Notes: a model not told the origin generated them from the letters alone. Positions 1 through 9,286 are shown, counted from the stretch's first letter. The stretch is 64,000 nucleotides of DNA from a virus (IMGVR_UViG_3300025120_006500:2685-66684), one strand, 5' to 3'. Numbers and translations are program-made.

Positions 1-1
1 A

Positions 2-805
2 GGATTGCACGATTGGATGCACTTCCTAGGCACAAGTAAATTAGAGTGGGCAGTATTGCTAACTGATGTTCAAAGAGCAGTACGCAAGTATGTAAATCCA
101 AACTTTACAATATCATTTGATTGTGCTTCACCTTTCTTAGCAAGTGCGAATGGACAAATATATATTCAAACAGAAATTGAAGAGAAATCAAAATGGGTAT
201 ATAGAATGGTGCCTAGTGTAGATGATAAGAAGTATGCTACAGATACTAGACGTTTTAGTGATGGTGTATTGCAGGATAAAGTGTTTGAAAACTTTACTGA
301 TAGTCCAATTAGTAAACGTTGCACTATGAACGATATTTGTGTGTATAAGCCAGGTGATCTAAATAAAATTAACAAAGAAGGAAAAACTTCGTGGGATTCA
401 TTTAGTTATGCTATACAGATGGGACATAATGTTTGGAGTCATTTAACATCGGTCCAAGAAGCTAATAGGCAGTATGATATCGGAGTGAAACCGGCAATGA
501 TGTCGGCTACAACTGCAGATAAGAAAACACCTAGAGATTATAATGGTATAAATGATTTCCGTGACATAGTAGATATGATCTTTAGTTTAGACAATAAAAG
601 TGATGCACTTGAATTAATTGAACACTATAACAAGTATTGGATGGCTATAATTGGTACACGTGGAGCAATAGGTAAAAAAACTACAAATAGTTCAACTATG
701 TTTAATAATCTATTTGATACGGGTGCAGATGAGGAAGAAATAGTTATCAATGATGATGTTATACTAGATGAGGACAAACTAGATAAACTAGAATTGGAGG
801 AATAA
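2..805 (+). CDS. 5'-truncated tRNA-guanine transglycosylase-like protein (TGT fold; candidate DpdA-type DNA base-exchange enzyme)
   Basis: Frame is open from the window edge. HFLG followed by SFDCASP resembles the TGT H-x-L-G and catalytic-Asp region; folE, queD and queE are nearby. Confidence 0.7.
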   Translation, partial: GLHDWMHFLGTSKLEWAVLLTDVQRAVRKYVNPNFTISFDCASPFLASANGQIYIQTEIEEKSKWVYRMVPSVDDKKYATDTRRFSDGVLQDKVFENFTDSPISKRCTMNDICVYKPGDLNKINKEGKTSWDSFSYAIQMGHNVWSHLTSVQEANRQYDIGVKPAMMSATTADKKTPRDYNGINDFRDIVDMIFSLDNKSDALELIEHYNKYWMAIIGTRGAIGKKTTNSSTMFNNLFDTGADEEEIVINDDVILDEDKLDKLELEE

Positions 806-808
806 GAT

Positions 809-1003
809 ATGAGTGGTAAAGACATATTAAGATTAGAAGCACTGCAACTAAAACACAAACGTCTTGATAAACAATGTAAAGAAGGACACAGTAACTATCT
901 GAACGATTCTGAGATAAAAAAGATGAAGACAGAAAAGGCATATATTAAAGCTGAGATTGCTGAACTTAATAAATTGGTAGAAGCAGATAAAGACGTTGAC
1001 TAA
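809..1003 (+). CDS. Small coiled-coil protein, DUF465/YdcH-like
   Basis: LxxKHKRLDKQ...EIKKMKTEKAYIKAEI pattern; GGAGG upstream. Confidence 0.6.
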   Translation: MSGKDILRLEALQLKHKRLDKQCKEGHSNYLNDSEIKKMKTEKAYIKAEIAELNKLVEADKDVD

Positions 1004-1024
1004 TTTGCAAAAAGGCTGTATACT
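996..1024 (+). promoter_or_regulatory. sigma70-type promoter, leaderless
   Basis: TTGACT-N17-TATACT, then ATG at 1031 six nt later with no SD. Confidence 0.75.
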
Positions 1025-1030
1025 AGCAAT

Positions 1031-1546
1031 ATGAAACGATTATATAACACAGGCGAAGCAGAACATATCGAAATGTTTATAGGTGTGGAAGTAGAAAAGA
1101 CACCTGCATACGGTCTTAAGACTTTGTTTGTTGTTGGTGCATTGGCTCCGGAGAACATAATCACGATCGCCACAGAAAATGACTGCGATCATTTATACTT
1201 TGGAGCCAACCAATCATATGATGGCGGTAGTAAACACAAGTGGGACCATATGATTTTCCATTGCCTAAGATTAGGTTTTAAGTGTACATTAGACTTTGAT
1301 GTTACACACTGTAAAACTGATCAGAAATGGTTAGCTGAATTAGGCAAGTATGAGAACTTTATTCCTCAGATATCAGTTAAGATTCCCAACTTGACACAGT
1401 TAGGGGAAAATGCTACAATAAAGATTGATGACATTGATTTTTCTGCTACCAATCCAGGAGTATGGTGTCATAACGTATCAACATTAACTAAAGCAGATTC
1501 ATACACGGATTGGAGTGAATATGCTAAGGACGAGGTAATATCATGA
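1031..1546 (+). CDS. Hypothetical protein in the deazaguanine locus
   Basis: 171-aa ORF directly behind a promoter; family not recognised. Confidence 0.75.
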   Translation: MKRLYNTGEAEHIEMFIGVEVEKTPAYGLKTLFVVGALAPENIITIATENDCDHLYFGANQSYDGGSKHKWDHMIFHCLRLGFKCTLDFDVTHCKTDQKWLAELGKYENFIPQISVKIPNLTQLGENATIKIDDIDFSATNPGVWCHNVSTLTKADSYTDWSEYAKDEVIS

Positions 1547-1737
1547 GTATATTAAATGTACTAGCAGTACAATATCAAGCAAATATAGATCTACACAAAG
1601 AAAACATCAAGATTTTTATGGCAAATCCTGTAGGTGTTGCTGAACATATTAACTATGCTGAAAGTATTGAAAAAGAACTTACAGCAATTGCTACAAATAT
1701 GGATTTACTTGAAGCATTAGAAGAAGTTAACAAATAA
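1543..1737 (+). CDS. Hypothetical small protein
   Basis: 64 aa; overlaps both neighbours; GAGG upstream. Confidence 0.7.
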   Translation: MSILNVLAVQYQANIDLHKENIKIFMANPVGVAEHINYAESIEKELTAIATNMDLLEALEEVNK

Positions 1738-2183
1738 TGATACAAAATGAAAGAGAGACTATAGAAAGAATCGTAGAGAAGTCGCAGAAGAAAATATGGA
1801 TAACTTTTCGTAAAGAAGGTATTCATCAGTACCCTGCGGCATTAACCGATCCTAAACTTGCAACTGGTGATGAGTATGATGTTTCATTCCTAGGACACCC
1901 ACATAGACACATCTTTCACTTTAAAGTGACTATTGATGTTGGGCACGACGATCGAGAAATTGAATTTATACAATTTAAACGCTGGTGTGAAAATCTTTAT
2001 CAAGATGATGGTATTCTTAATCTTAAAAATCAAAGTTGTGAAATGATAAGTGATGCATTATATATTGAAATTGCTAATAGATATCCAGGTAGAGATATTT
2101 GGATTGAAGTAAGTGAAGATGGAGAAAATGGATCTATTGTACAATATAATACTACACAGCCTGGACATTCGGTCGTTATTTAA
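1737..2183 (+). CDS. dpdL: QueD/PTPS-like T-fold paralogue; candidate 7-carboxy-7-deazaguanine decarboxylase
   Basis: LGHPHRHIF fits LxxxHRHxF in place of the QueD CxxxHGH motif; SCEM and VSEDGENG T-fold motifs; a canonical queD is present separately. Confidence 0.6.
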   Translation: MIQNERETIERIVEKSQKKIWITFRKEGIHQYPAALTDPKLATGDEYDVSFLGHPHRHIFHFKVTIDVGHDDREIEFIQFKRWCENLYQDDGILNLKNQSCEMISDALYIEIANRYPGRDIWIEVSEDGENGSIVQYNTTQPGHSVVI

Positions 2184-3256
2184 TGGCAAATATATTTTTA
2201 ATTGATCTTGAAGCAGTTGACACTAGATATACAGGTCAGTGGAAAACTCACGTACCTAAACTATTAGAGGAGGCTGGACACAATGTTACAGTTATTGAAG
2301 GACCTAGTGATATTCCCAATGCCACTACTCCTGGCGCTTTTCTTAACTTTGGTGGTACTAACATATACAAGGCTAGACAAGTTGAGGAACTCAGTCGCTT
2401 GTTCACTAGCGGTAAAATACACAGTGGGGATCACGTTATCTTTACTGACGCTTGGCATCCTGGTATCATTAATCTAAAGTATATGAGTGAGTTACTTGAT
2501 ATAAAAGTAACGATACACGCACTATGGCACGCTGGATCATATGACCCACAAGACTTCTTAGGTAGACTGATAGGTGATGCTAATTGGGTAAGACATACTG
2601 AATGTGCATTCTTTGAAGCTATTGATCATAACTACTTTGCTACAGACTTCCATATTGATATGTTCTGTGAAAACTTATTAGGTATGAGAGATGGCGAACT
2701 AGACATAATGAGGTATCGTAAGAAAATTGTACGCACAGGTTGGCCTATGGAGTATATGCCTAAACTATTTGAAGAATACAGTAGCTTACCTAAACGTAAC
2801 CTTATACTATTTCCACATAGACTAGCACCTGAGAAACAGGTAGATATATTCAATGACCTTGCTTCAGCAATGCCTCAATATGAATGGATAGTATGTCAGT
2901 ATGAAAAGTTAACTAAGGATCAGTACCACACTTTATTAGGTCAAGCAAAGTTAGTATTCTCAGCAAATCTACAAGAAACACTAGGTATTAGTATGTATGA
3001 AGGTGCTCTTTGTAATACTACACCATTAGTGCCAGATAGATTAAGTTATTCAGAAATGTACAGTTCAATATTTAAATATCCAACCGAATATACAGAATCG
3101 TGGGACAGTTATCTTGAGTATAGACAAGAACTAATGGATGCTATTGAATATCATATAGAGAATTATGAATCAGTATTACCTAAGGTTAAAGCACAGGCCA
3201 GAATACTAGATGAAAATTTCTTTTCAGCAAGTGCTATATTAGAAAACATTGAGTAA
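2183..3256 (+). CDS. GT-B fold (GT4-like) glycosyltransferase
   Basis: HRLAPEK and ETLGISMYE (E-x7-E) motifs; TAATG coupling to the upstream gene. Confidence 0.8.
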   Translation: MANIFLIDLEAVDTRYTGQWKTHVPKLLEEAGHNVTVIEGPSDIPNATTPGAFLNFGGTNIYKARQVEELSRLFTSGKIHSGDHVIFTDAWHPGIINLKYMSELLDIKVTIHALWHAGSYDPQDFLGRLIGDANWVRHTECAFFEAIDHNYFATDFHIDMFCENLLGMRDGELDIMRYRKKIVRTGWPMEYMPKLFEEYSSLPKRNLILFPHRLAPEKQVDIFNDLASAMPQYEWIVCQYEKLTKDQYHTLLGQAKLVFSANLQETLGISMYEGALCNTTPLVPDRLSYSEMYSSIFKYPTEYTESWDSYLEYRQELMDAIEYHIENYESVLPKVKAQARILDENFFSASAILENIE

Positions 3257-3836
3257 TCCATTTGATCATATAACAGAGTTTGAAGATGCACTAGCATCAT
3301 ACACTGGTGCCAAATATGCAGTAATGACTGATTGTTGTACACACGCTTTAGAGTTATCATTCTTAGCAACTGGCTATAAAAAAACGCAATTTACTCCATA
3401 CACATATATTAGTATACCAATGATGCTTAAAAAAATATCTGTAGAGTATGAATTTAATGATATAGAAAACTGGCTAGGCGAGTATCACTTCTTCGATACT
3501 AACATATGGGATTCAGCTCGTAAACTAACTCCAGAAATGTATAAGCCAGGGCAGATACAATGCCTAAGTTTTGGCTATGGTAAACCCTTAGTGCTAGGCA
3601 GAGGTGGTGCAATACTGTTAGATGATTATGATTTATATAAGAAACTAAAACTTATGTGCTATGATGGTCGTGACCTATCAATAACACCATGGGAAGACCA
3701 AAAAGAATTCGTGCTAGGATATCATTATAAACCTACACCAGAAGAAGCTCTAATAGGACTAGATCTATTAGGTAGTCATAACGAACTCCCCGAAATTAAA
3801 AAATACCCAAATCTCAATACTTTATCTATAACATAG
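3249..3836 (+). CDS. Short DegT/DnrJ/EryC1/StrS-family PLP aminotransferase-like protein
   Basis: FEDALASYTGAKYAV..CCTHAL, DSA and SFGYGKPL..GRGGAI (PLP lysine); only 195 aa; TTG start. Confidence 0.75.
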   Translation: MSNPFDHITEFEDALASYTGAKYAVMTDCCTHALELSFLATGYKKTQFTPYTYISIPMMLKKISVEYEFNDIENWLGEYHFFDTNIWDSARKLTPEMYKPGQIQCLSFGYGKPLVLGRGGAILLDDYDLYKKLKLMCYDGRDLSITPWEDQKEFVLGYHYKPTPEEALIGLDLLGSHNELPEIKKYPNLNTLSIT

Positions 3837-3850
3837 AAGCTGGTAAGTTC

Positions 3851-3857
3851 ATAAATA
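3851..3857 (+). promoter_or_regulatory. T4-late-like promoter element ATAAATA
   Basis: ATAAATA lies 7 nt before the ATG at 3865. Confidence 0.5.
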
Positions 3858-3864
3858 CTTTACT

Positions 3865-3999
3865 ATGAAGAAGATCGATTGGAAAGACGTTTGGAGACAA
3901 GCACGGAACGAATCTAAAAAGCACGGTAACATAGAAGGTCCTGAGAAATGGGCTTTGTATGTAGTCGTAGTATTCCTGCTGTTTTTTGTATTAATATAG
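3865..3999 (+). CDS. 44-aa small membrane protein (not in ORF track)
   Basis: Hand translation MKKIDWKDVWRQARNESKKHGNIEGPEKWALYVVVVFLLFFVLI; C-terminal hydrophobic helix; fills the gap. Confidence 0.6.
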   Translation: MKKIDWKDVWRQARNESKKHGNIEGPEKWALYVVVVFLLFFVLI

Positions 4000-4057
4000 A
4001 AAGTATCTTCTTTCTTAGATCAGCACGAACCTATTATTTTAGGGTAATTACTAACTA

Positions 4058-4064
4058 ATAAATA
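4058..4064 (+). promoter_or_regulatory. T4-late-like promoter element ATAAATA
   Basis: ATAAATA lies 6 nt before the ATG at 4071; no SD. Confidence 0.55.
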
Positions 4065-4070
4065 CTGTAT

Positions 4071-5945
4071 ATGAAGAATATATATCTACTTCAGGCCAGT
4101 AACCTTGGTGGTTACCGTGGCACTTTCCTTGCTTGGGCACCTTATGCTGTTGGCTGTCTATGGGCATACGTATCACAATTCAAAGAGATTACTGATCACA
4201 TCGATCTTAAAGAAATGATGGCACTTAAAGAGCCAATTGGTGATATAGTCGATAGGCTAGACAATCCAGATATGTTTGGATTCAGCTCGTATGTTTGGAA
4301 CTTTAATTATAATATAGAATTAAGTCGTCGTATCAAAGAACGTTATCCCAACTGTAAAATAGTATTTGGTGGACCGCATATTAACAGAAAAACTCTTGGT
4401 GACTATCCACATATTGACGCAATAATTATAGCAGAAGCTGAACTTAGTTTTAAGTCTTTACTCGAGGATCTTATTGTTGATGATGTACAGGCTGTATACG
4501 AAAGAGAAAGGATTGATAACCTTGATATACTACCTAGTCCGTATGCTACAGGAATGTTTAATAAACTAATCGAAAGTCATCCAGAGCTAGTTTGGGCGGC
4601 TACTTTAGAAACTAATAGGGGGTGTCCGTACTCTTGTACTTTTTGTGATTGGGGTAGCCTAACAGCTAGTAAGGTACAAAAGATGACTTTGGACCGATTA
4701 CAAGATGATATCGATTGGATCAAATCCAAACCCAACTTGGTTCAAATTAATATCGCTGATGCTAACTTTGGTATATTTAAACAGAGAGATCTCGATGCCG
4801 CTAAGATTATTAGGCAGGCTATCGACGATGGCAATGTAGATGAAATACAACTTAGTTACACTAAAAAATTTAACAAAGAATTGTACGATATAATCTTATT
4901 GTTAAATCAACCAACTGGATTCCAAATAAGTTTACAGACTGACAATAAAGACACACTCAAAGCTATCAAAAGAAAGAACTTACCCGAAGAAGATATTGCT
5001 AAGTTAATTGCGTTTGCTGATGAACACAGTATATCACACGAACAAGAATATATATTAGGTTTACCTTTAGAAACTAAAGACAGTTGGTATGACTCAATGA
5101 CTAATAGACTAGAAGAAGGACAGCACAAGGTATTTGATGTGTTTATATGCAGTATATTACCTAATACCGAGATGGCCAATGATTACTACAGAAAACAATA
5201 TGGAATTAAAAGTGTATTGACTCCAGATCTTAATTCGGTTGCACCTACATCAGAAGGTGACTTTCAAGTGTTAGAGTATAGTGAAATTATAACAGAAACA
5301 TCAACAATGCCTAGAGAAGAATTAATTGACTGTTTCTTGTTTAGCCATATCATACAACACGTACACGCAACAGGATATAGTTTTGTTGCTAGTCGTATAG
5401 CACACAAACATTTTGGTATACCAATGGTCGACTTCTATCGAGAATTAGAAAAGCGTATGTATGCAGATCGCGATATAGGCAATCAATTACGCTTTGTTAG
5501 ATCACTATTAAATGAAATGTTTGATACCGGTAGGATACAAAATCCTACTTATAAAGAAGAAGGACGTCTTGACCTATCAAGTTACAAACCGTTTTTCAAA
5601 ATGAAAAATAAATTGATGCAACTAGCAGTCGATAGTATACGCTCACTTGCTGACTGTGATCAAGAAACAATCGAAGACATATTAGCATTACAGAAAGCCT
5701 ATACATTTGATGTTACTCACGAACAAGAGAGTGAATTTACTAGTCAATATGATATTGATACCTTTGCCCATACTAAAACCTTATATAAAATTAATACTAG
5801 TATGAGCAAAGGAGAATTTATCAAACAATGGGCAGGAAATGGATCATTCCATATCCTACACCAAGAACACAAATTGGTAAACACCTTTACCAAAATACCA
5901 ACTGCTCGCACGATCCTTGAGCAGATAGCCGTCCAAGCAGTCTAA
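4071..5945 (+). CDS. Cobalamin-binding radical SAM enzyme (class B methyltransferase-like)
   Basis: N-terminal B12-binding signature FGFSSYVWN...IVFGGPH; RGCPYSCTFC (CxxxCxxC); DANFG; ILGLPLET. Confidence 0.85.
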   Translation: MKNIYLLQASNLGGYRGTFLAWAPYAVGCLWAYVSQFKEITDHIDLKEMMALKEPIGDIVDRLDNPDMFGFSSYVWNFNYNIELSRRIKERYPNCKIVFGGPHINRKTLGDYPHIDAIIIAEAELSFKSLLEDLIVDDVQAVYERERIDNLDILPSPYATGMFNKLIESHPELVWAATLETNRGCPYSCTFCDWGSLTASKVQKMTLDRLQDDIDWIKSKPNLVQINIADANFGIFKQRDLDAAKIIRQAIDDGNVDEIQLSYTKKFNKELYDIILLLNQPTGFQISLQTDNKDTLKAIKRKNLPEEDIAKLIAFADEHSISHEQEYILGLPLETKDSWYDSMTNRLEEGQHKVFDVFICSILPNTEMANDYYRKQYGIKSVLTPDLNSVAPTSEGDFQVLEYSEIITETSTMPREELIDCFLFSHIIQHVHATGYSFVASRIAHKHFGIPMVDFYRELEKRMYADRDIGNQLRFVRSLLNEMFDTGRIQNPTYKEEGRLDLSSYKPFFKMKNKLMQLAVDSIRSLADCDQETIEDILALQKAYTFDVTHEQESEFTSQYDIDTFAHTKTLYKINTSMSKGEFIKQWAGNGSFHILHQEHKLVNTFTKIPTARTILEQIAVQAV

Positions 5946-5979
5946 AAATTACCTTTGAGCATAAAAATTATCGTAACGG

Positions 5980-6008
5980 TTGACCACGACCTAAATACCA
6001 TATATAAT
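5980..6008 (+). promoter_or_regulatory. sigma70-type promoter of folE
   Basis: TTGACC-N17-TATAAT. Confidence 0.75.
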
Positions 6009-6041
6009 GTAAGTTATATTATGAATTATATTTTTTAAATT

Positions 6042-6067
6042 GGCAATCCACTGCCTTAACATCGGAG
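6042..6067 (+). ncRNA. Candidate cis-regulatory hairpin/pseudoknot in the folE leader
   Basis: GGCA-ATCCAC-TGCC hairpin followed by TTAACATC-GGAG; loop TCC can pair with GGA of the SD. Confidence 0.35.
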
Positions 6068-6073
6068 AATAAA

Positions 6074-6760
6074 TTGAGTAAAAGTAAGGAAATTAAGGAA
6101 CGTTTACAAAAAGCAGACAAACGCTTTTGGGCTGGCGACAATATTAGCGAAATATTAGAAGAAGGTGATAAAGACAAACTTATCACAGAAGCAACTACAG
6201 CATTTGAAAGTGTATTAGATGCACTTGTAATCGACAGACACACTGACCCGAATTCGAAAGGAACAGCGAAACGTCTAGCAAAGATGTATATTAATGAAAT
6301 AATGAGTGGTAGGTATGATCCTATGCCAGCGGCAACAGCATTTCCAAATGACGGTGAAAATCGTTATGAAGGTATGTTAGTTGTGCGTAGTGAACTTACA
6401 AGTATGTGTTCACATCATCATCAAACAGTAAAAGGAGTTGCGTACATTGGTATTATAGCCGCAGAAAAGTTAATTGGTTTATCAAAGTACACAAGAATAG
6501 CTCAGTGGTGCTCTCTCAGGGGTACTTTGCAAGAAGAGCTAGCGAATGACATTGCCAGGGAAATACAAAATGCCACTGGTAGTGAGAACGTAGCGGTTTA
6601 CATCCAAGCAACACACGGATGTGTTGAAAACCGTGGCATTTTGGCACATTCTTCATTGACTCAAACTACAGTACTCAAAGGAGCATTTAAAGATGATTCT
6701 GGTACTAAGAAAGAGTTTATGGACAATGTTAAACTTCAACAAGAGTTTGCACCTAGATAA
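6074..6760 (+). CDS. folE: GTP cyclohydrolase I
   Basis: SMCSHH, IGLSK, LQE and HGC Zn-binding/active-site motifs; TTG start with GGAG. Confidence 0.95.
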   Translation: MSKSKEIKERLQKADKRFWAGDNISEILEEGDKDKLITEATTAFESVLDALVIDRHTDPNSKGTAKRLAKMYINEIMSGRYDPMPAATAFPNDGENRYEGMLVVRSELTSMCSHHHQTVKGVAYIGIIAAEKLIGLSKYTRIAQWCSLRGTLQEELANDIAREIQNATGSENVAVYIQATHGCVENRGILAHSSLTQTTVLKGAFKDDSGTKKEFMDNVKLQQEFAPR

Positions 6761-6769
6761 GGGGGATGT

Positions 6770-8938
6770 ATGAATATCAAACTTAGAAATGCAGTAAAAG
6801 CGGCTACATTTGTAGCTGGAATTGCTGGTATGCTAGGTACTACAGTTGCACACGCTGATGCGTTAGTCGAACTTGACACCAGTATGTGGGATAACAGTGC
6901 CGAATATACCAGTGATGTATTTAGTAGAGGCAAGGTTGGCGACAATAATCTTGACACTATCAACGCAAGTTCAGCTTGGGCTAGAGGATTTACCGGTCAA
7001 GGTGCTAAGATTATGATCATTGACAGTGGTATAAATATCGGCCACAGCGAATTTGCTGGATCTATTACAGAAACGAAATGTTTTATTCGTAGATGTAGTG
7101 GACGAAGAGGTGGTGGAATAGCTGACAAAGTTGGCCATGGTACTTTAATGGCTTCCATTGCCGCAGGTAATTGGGACGGTACTGGTAACGGTACAAGTGG
7201 TGTAGCATATAATGCCGATCTAGCAATTGCTAAGATCACTAACAGAAATTCAGCTAGTGATGTCGGTATGAGAAAAGCTATTAAATGGGGAGCGTCAATT
7301 GATGCTACTGTTGCAAACATTTCATCTAATACACGATATCGAGGTAGATATGGTAATTGGAAAATGATGGACGACGGTAGTTTTTATAACGCTGATAAAA
7401 GATTTAAGAGAAACTACTACACAGGTAGACGTGCAACTGGTTTTTATCGAGGACTTAATCCTAAAAAATGGGCTAAAGCACTCGGTGACAGTGAAATGGT
7501 TATCGTGGTATCAAGTGGTAATAGTGGTTTAGCTTATCCTGAAAATCCAGCAACAATTGCAACAGCAACTAAAGACGACGGTACTTTGTGGTTAGGTGGT
7601 CAAATGTTGATTGCAGGTGCTTGGGACGTAGAGAATAATAGATCTGCAGGTTACAGTAATAAAGCTGGTCATTTATGTCAATACAAAAACCAAGTTGGCG
7701 GAACTTGTCTAGATACATATAGAATAAGTGATTACTACATTATGGCTCCAGGTCAAGCATTTGGTGCTGGTAAACGTGGTGATTCTTATGTATTAGGTAC
7801 AGGTACTTCAGAAGCGGCGGCAACAGTGTCCGGAGCAGTAGCTATTGTACATTCACAATGGCCACATATGAAGGGTTCAAACATTGTTAAGCTGTTAACT
7901 CAAACTGCTAATAGAGATATTCCAGGATACAACAAAGAAGAACACGGTATGGGTCTATTGGATCTAGAACGTGCTACTCGTCCAATTGGTGAGATTGGTA
8001 TACCTACAGAAGGTCGTAAGGGTACTGTACCACTAAGTGGATCAATTAGCGTAACTGGTGGAAGTGCTGAATTAGCATCTTCATTATCAAGTGTTATGAC
8101 AGTTGATGAATACGGTAGAGACTTTTATGTTGATATGAGTGCTGGCGTACAAGCTAAGAAAACTCCTAAGGTGGCGTTCAATCCACATACAAGAGCTAAC
8201 TTCTACAGTGGTTACAATCCATATGATAACATTAACACTTACCAATTCGACAACAAACTTGGATTTGGTGCTGATAATGAGTATGATATGAGAGTAGCAA
8301 TGAATGAAGAAATAGGCTCTGGTACACTTATGGAACTTGGACACACTCTTGCACTAAATGATAGTGCTAGTGTACGTGTTGGTATGGGTTTTATGAATGA
8401 GGAAGGCCAGTATATGGATCAATCATTAGGTGGTGCATTTGGTGAGATTGATGACAGTACAACGTCGTTTATTAATGTTAGTGGTAAGTATGATCTTAGC
8501 TCAATAACTAAAGGCTTTAGTGCTTTTGGTAGTGCTTGGGTAGGTGAAACTGAAGCTGATATGCAAACACAAGGTATTGTTACTAATGTTAGCGATACAC
8601 AATCATACAGCTGGAACGTTGGATTAGACTACACATTAAATGACAAGTATGATAATAGTCATAGTTTTGGTAGTACGTTTAGTCAGCCAGTTACAATTTC
8701 ACGTAGTGAAGTTGACATAGCAGTAGCATCTGGCTTTAATGCAGATGGGTCAACATACTATGAACGTTCAACTGTAGATATGGCACCAGATGCTAACCAA
8801 TATAACATCGGTACTTACTATAAGTTTGGTAATGAGTCACATTCGTTAACTGCATATGCAGAACACGAAATGAACTATCTTAACCAAGCTGACGTAACTA
8901 ACAATGTTGTTGGTGCATCATATGCTTGGACATTTTAA
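6770..8938 (+). CDS. Secreted S8 subtilisin-family protease with a C-terminal beta-barrel-like domain
   Basis: Signal peptide ending AHA; catalytic triad IIDSG / HGT / GTSEAA; oxyanion SGN; amphipathic beta strands ending YAWTF. Confidence 0.85.
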   Translation: MNIKLRNAVKAATFVAGIAGMLGTTVAHADALVELDTSMWDNSAEYTSDVFSRGKVGDNNLDTINASSAWARGFTGQGAKIMIIDSGINIGHSEFAGSITETKCFIRRCSGRRGGGIADKVGHGTLMASIAAGNWDGTGNGTSGVAYNADLAIAKITNRNSASDVGMRKAIKWGASIDATVANISSNTRYRGRYGNWKMMDDGSFYNADKRFKRNYYTGRRATGFYRGLNPKKWAKALGDSEMVIVVSSGNSGLAYPENPATIATATKDDGTLWLGGQMLIAGAWDVENNRSAGYSNKAGHLCQYKNQVGGTCLDTYRISDYYIMAPGQAFGAGKRGDSYVLGTGTSEAAATVSGAVAIVHSQWPHMKGSNIVKLLTQTANRDIPGYNKEEHGMGLLDLERATRPIGEIGIPTEGRKGTVPLSGSISVTGGSAELASSLSSVMTVDEYGRDFYVDMSAGVQAKKTPKVAFNPHTRANFYSGYNPYDNINTYQFDNKLGFGADNEYDMRVAMNEEIGSGTLMELGHTLALNDSASVRVGMGFMNEEGQYMDQSLGGAFGEIDDSTTSFINVSGKYDLSSITKGFSAFGSAWVGETEADMQTQGIVTNVSDTQSYSWNVGLDYTLNDKYDNSHSFGSTFSQPVTISRSEVDIAVASGFNADGSTYYERSTVDMAPDANQYNIGTYYKFGNESHSLTAYAEHEMNYLNQADVTNNVVGASYAWTF

Positions 8939-8939
8939 G

Positions 8940-9284
8940 ATGGATTTAAAAGCCAAAGCAGAGCAGTACTTTAAAACATTTTCTAGCAAGGATCTTAACG
9001 GCCTTGCTAGTATGTTTGCTGATAATATTATGTTACGTGATTGGACCGGTGATGCAACTGGTAAAGAAAAAGTACTCACCGCTAATCAAGATATATTTGA
9101 TGCAGTAGACACTATCCAAGTAAAACCATTGACTTTATATCAAGCAGAAGCTAGTTTAGAAGATAATACAGTTATTGCTGAGATTGAAATAGAGGTAAAT
9201 GGAGATGAAAAACTAATGGTTGTCGATGTTATAGACTATGATGATAATGGTCTTATCACCTCAATTAGGGCTTACAAAGGATAG
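8940..9284 (+). CDS. SnoaL/NTF2-like protein
   Basis: YFKTFSSKDLNGLASMFADNI...GLITSIRAY pattern; start moved to MDLKAK. Confidence 0.8.
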   Translation: MDLKAKAEQYFKTFSSKDLNGLASMFADNIMLRDWTGDATGKEKVLTANQDIFDAVDTIQVKPLTLYQAEASLEDNTVIAEIEIEVNGDEKLMVVDVIDYDDNGLITSIRAYKG

Positions 9285-9286
9285 TA

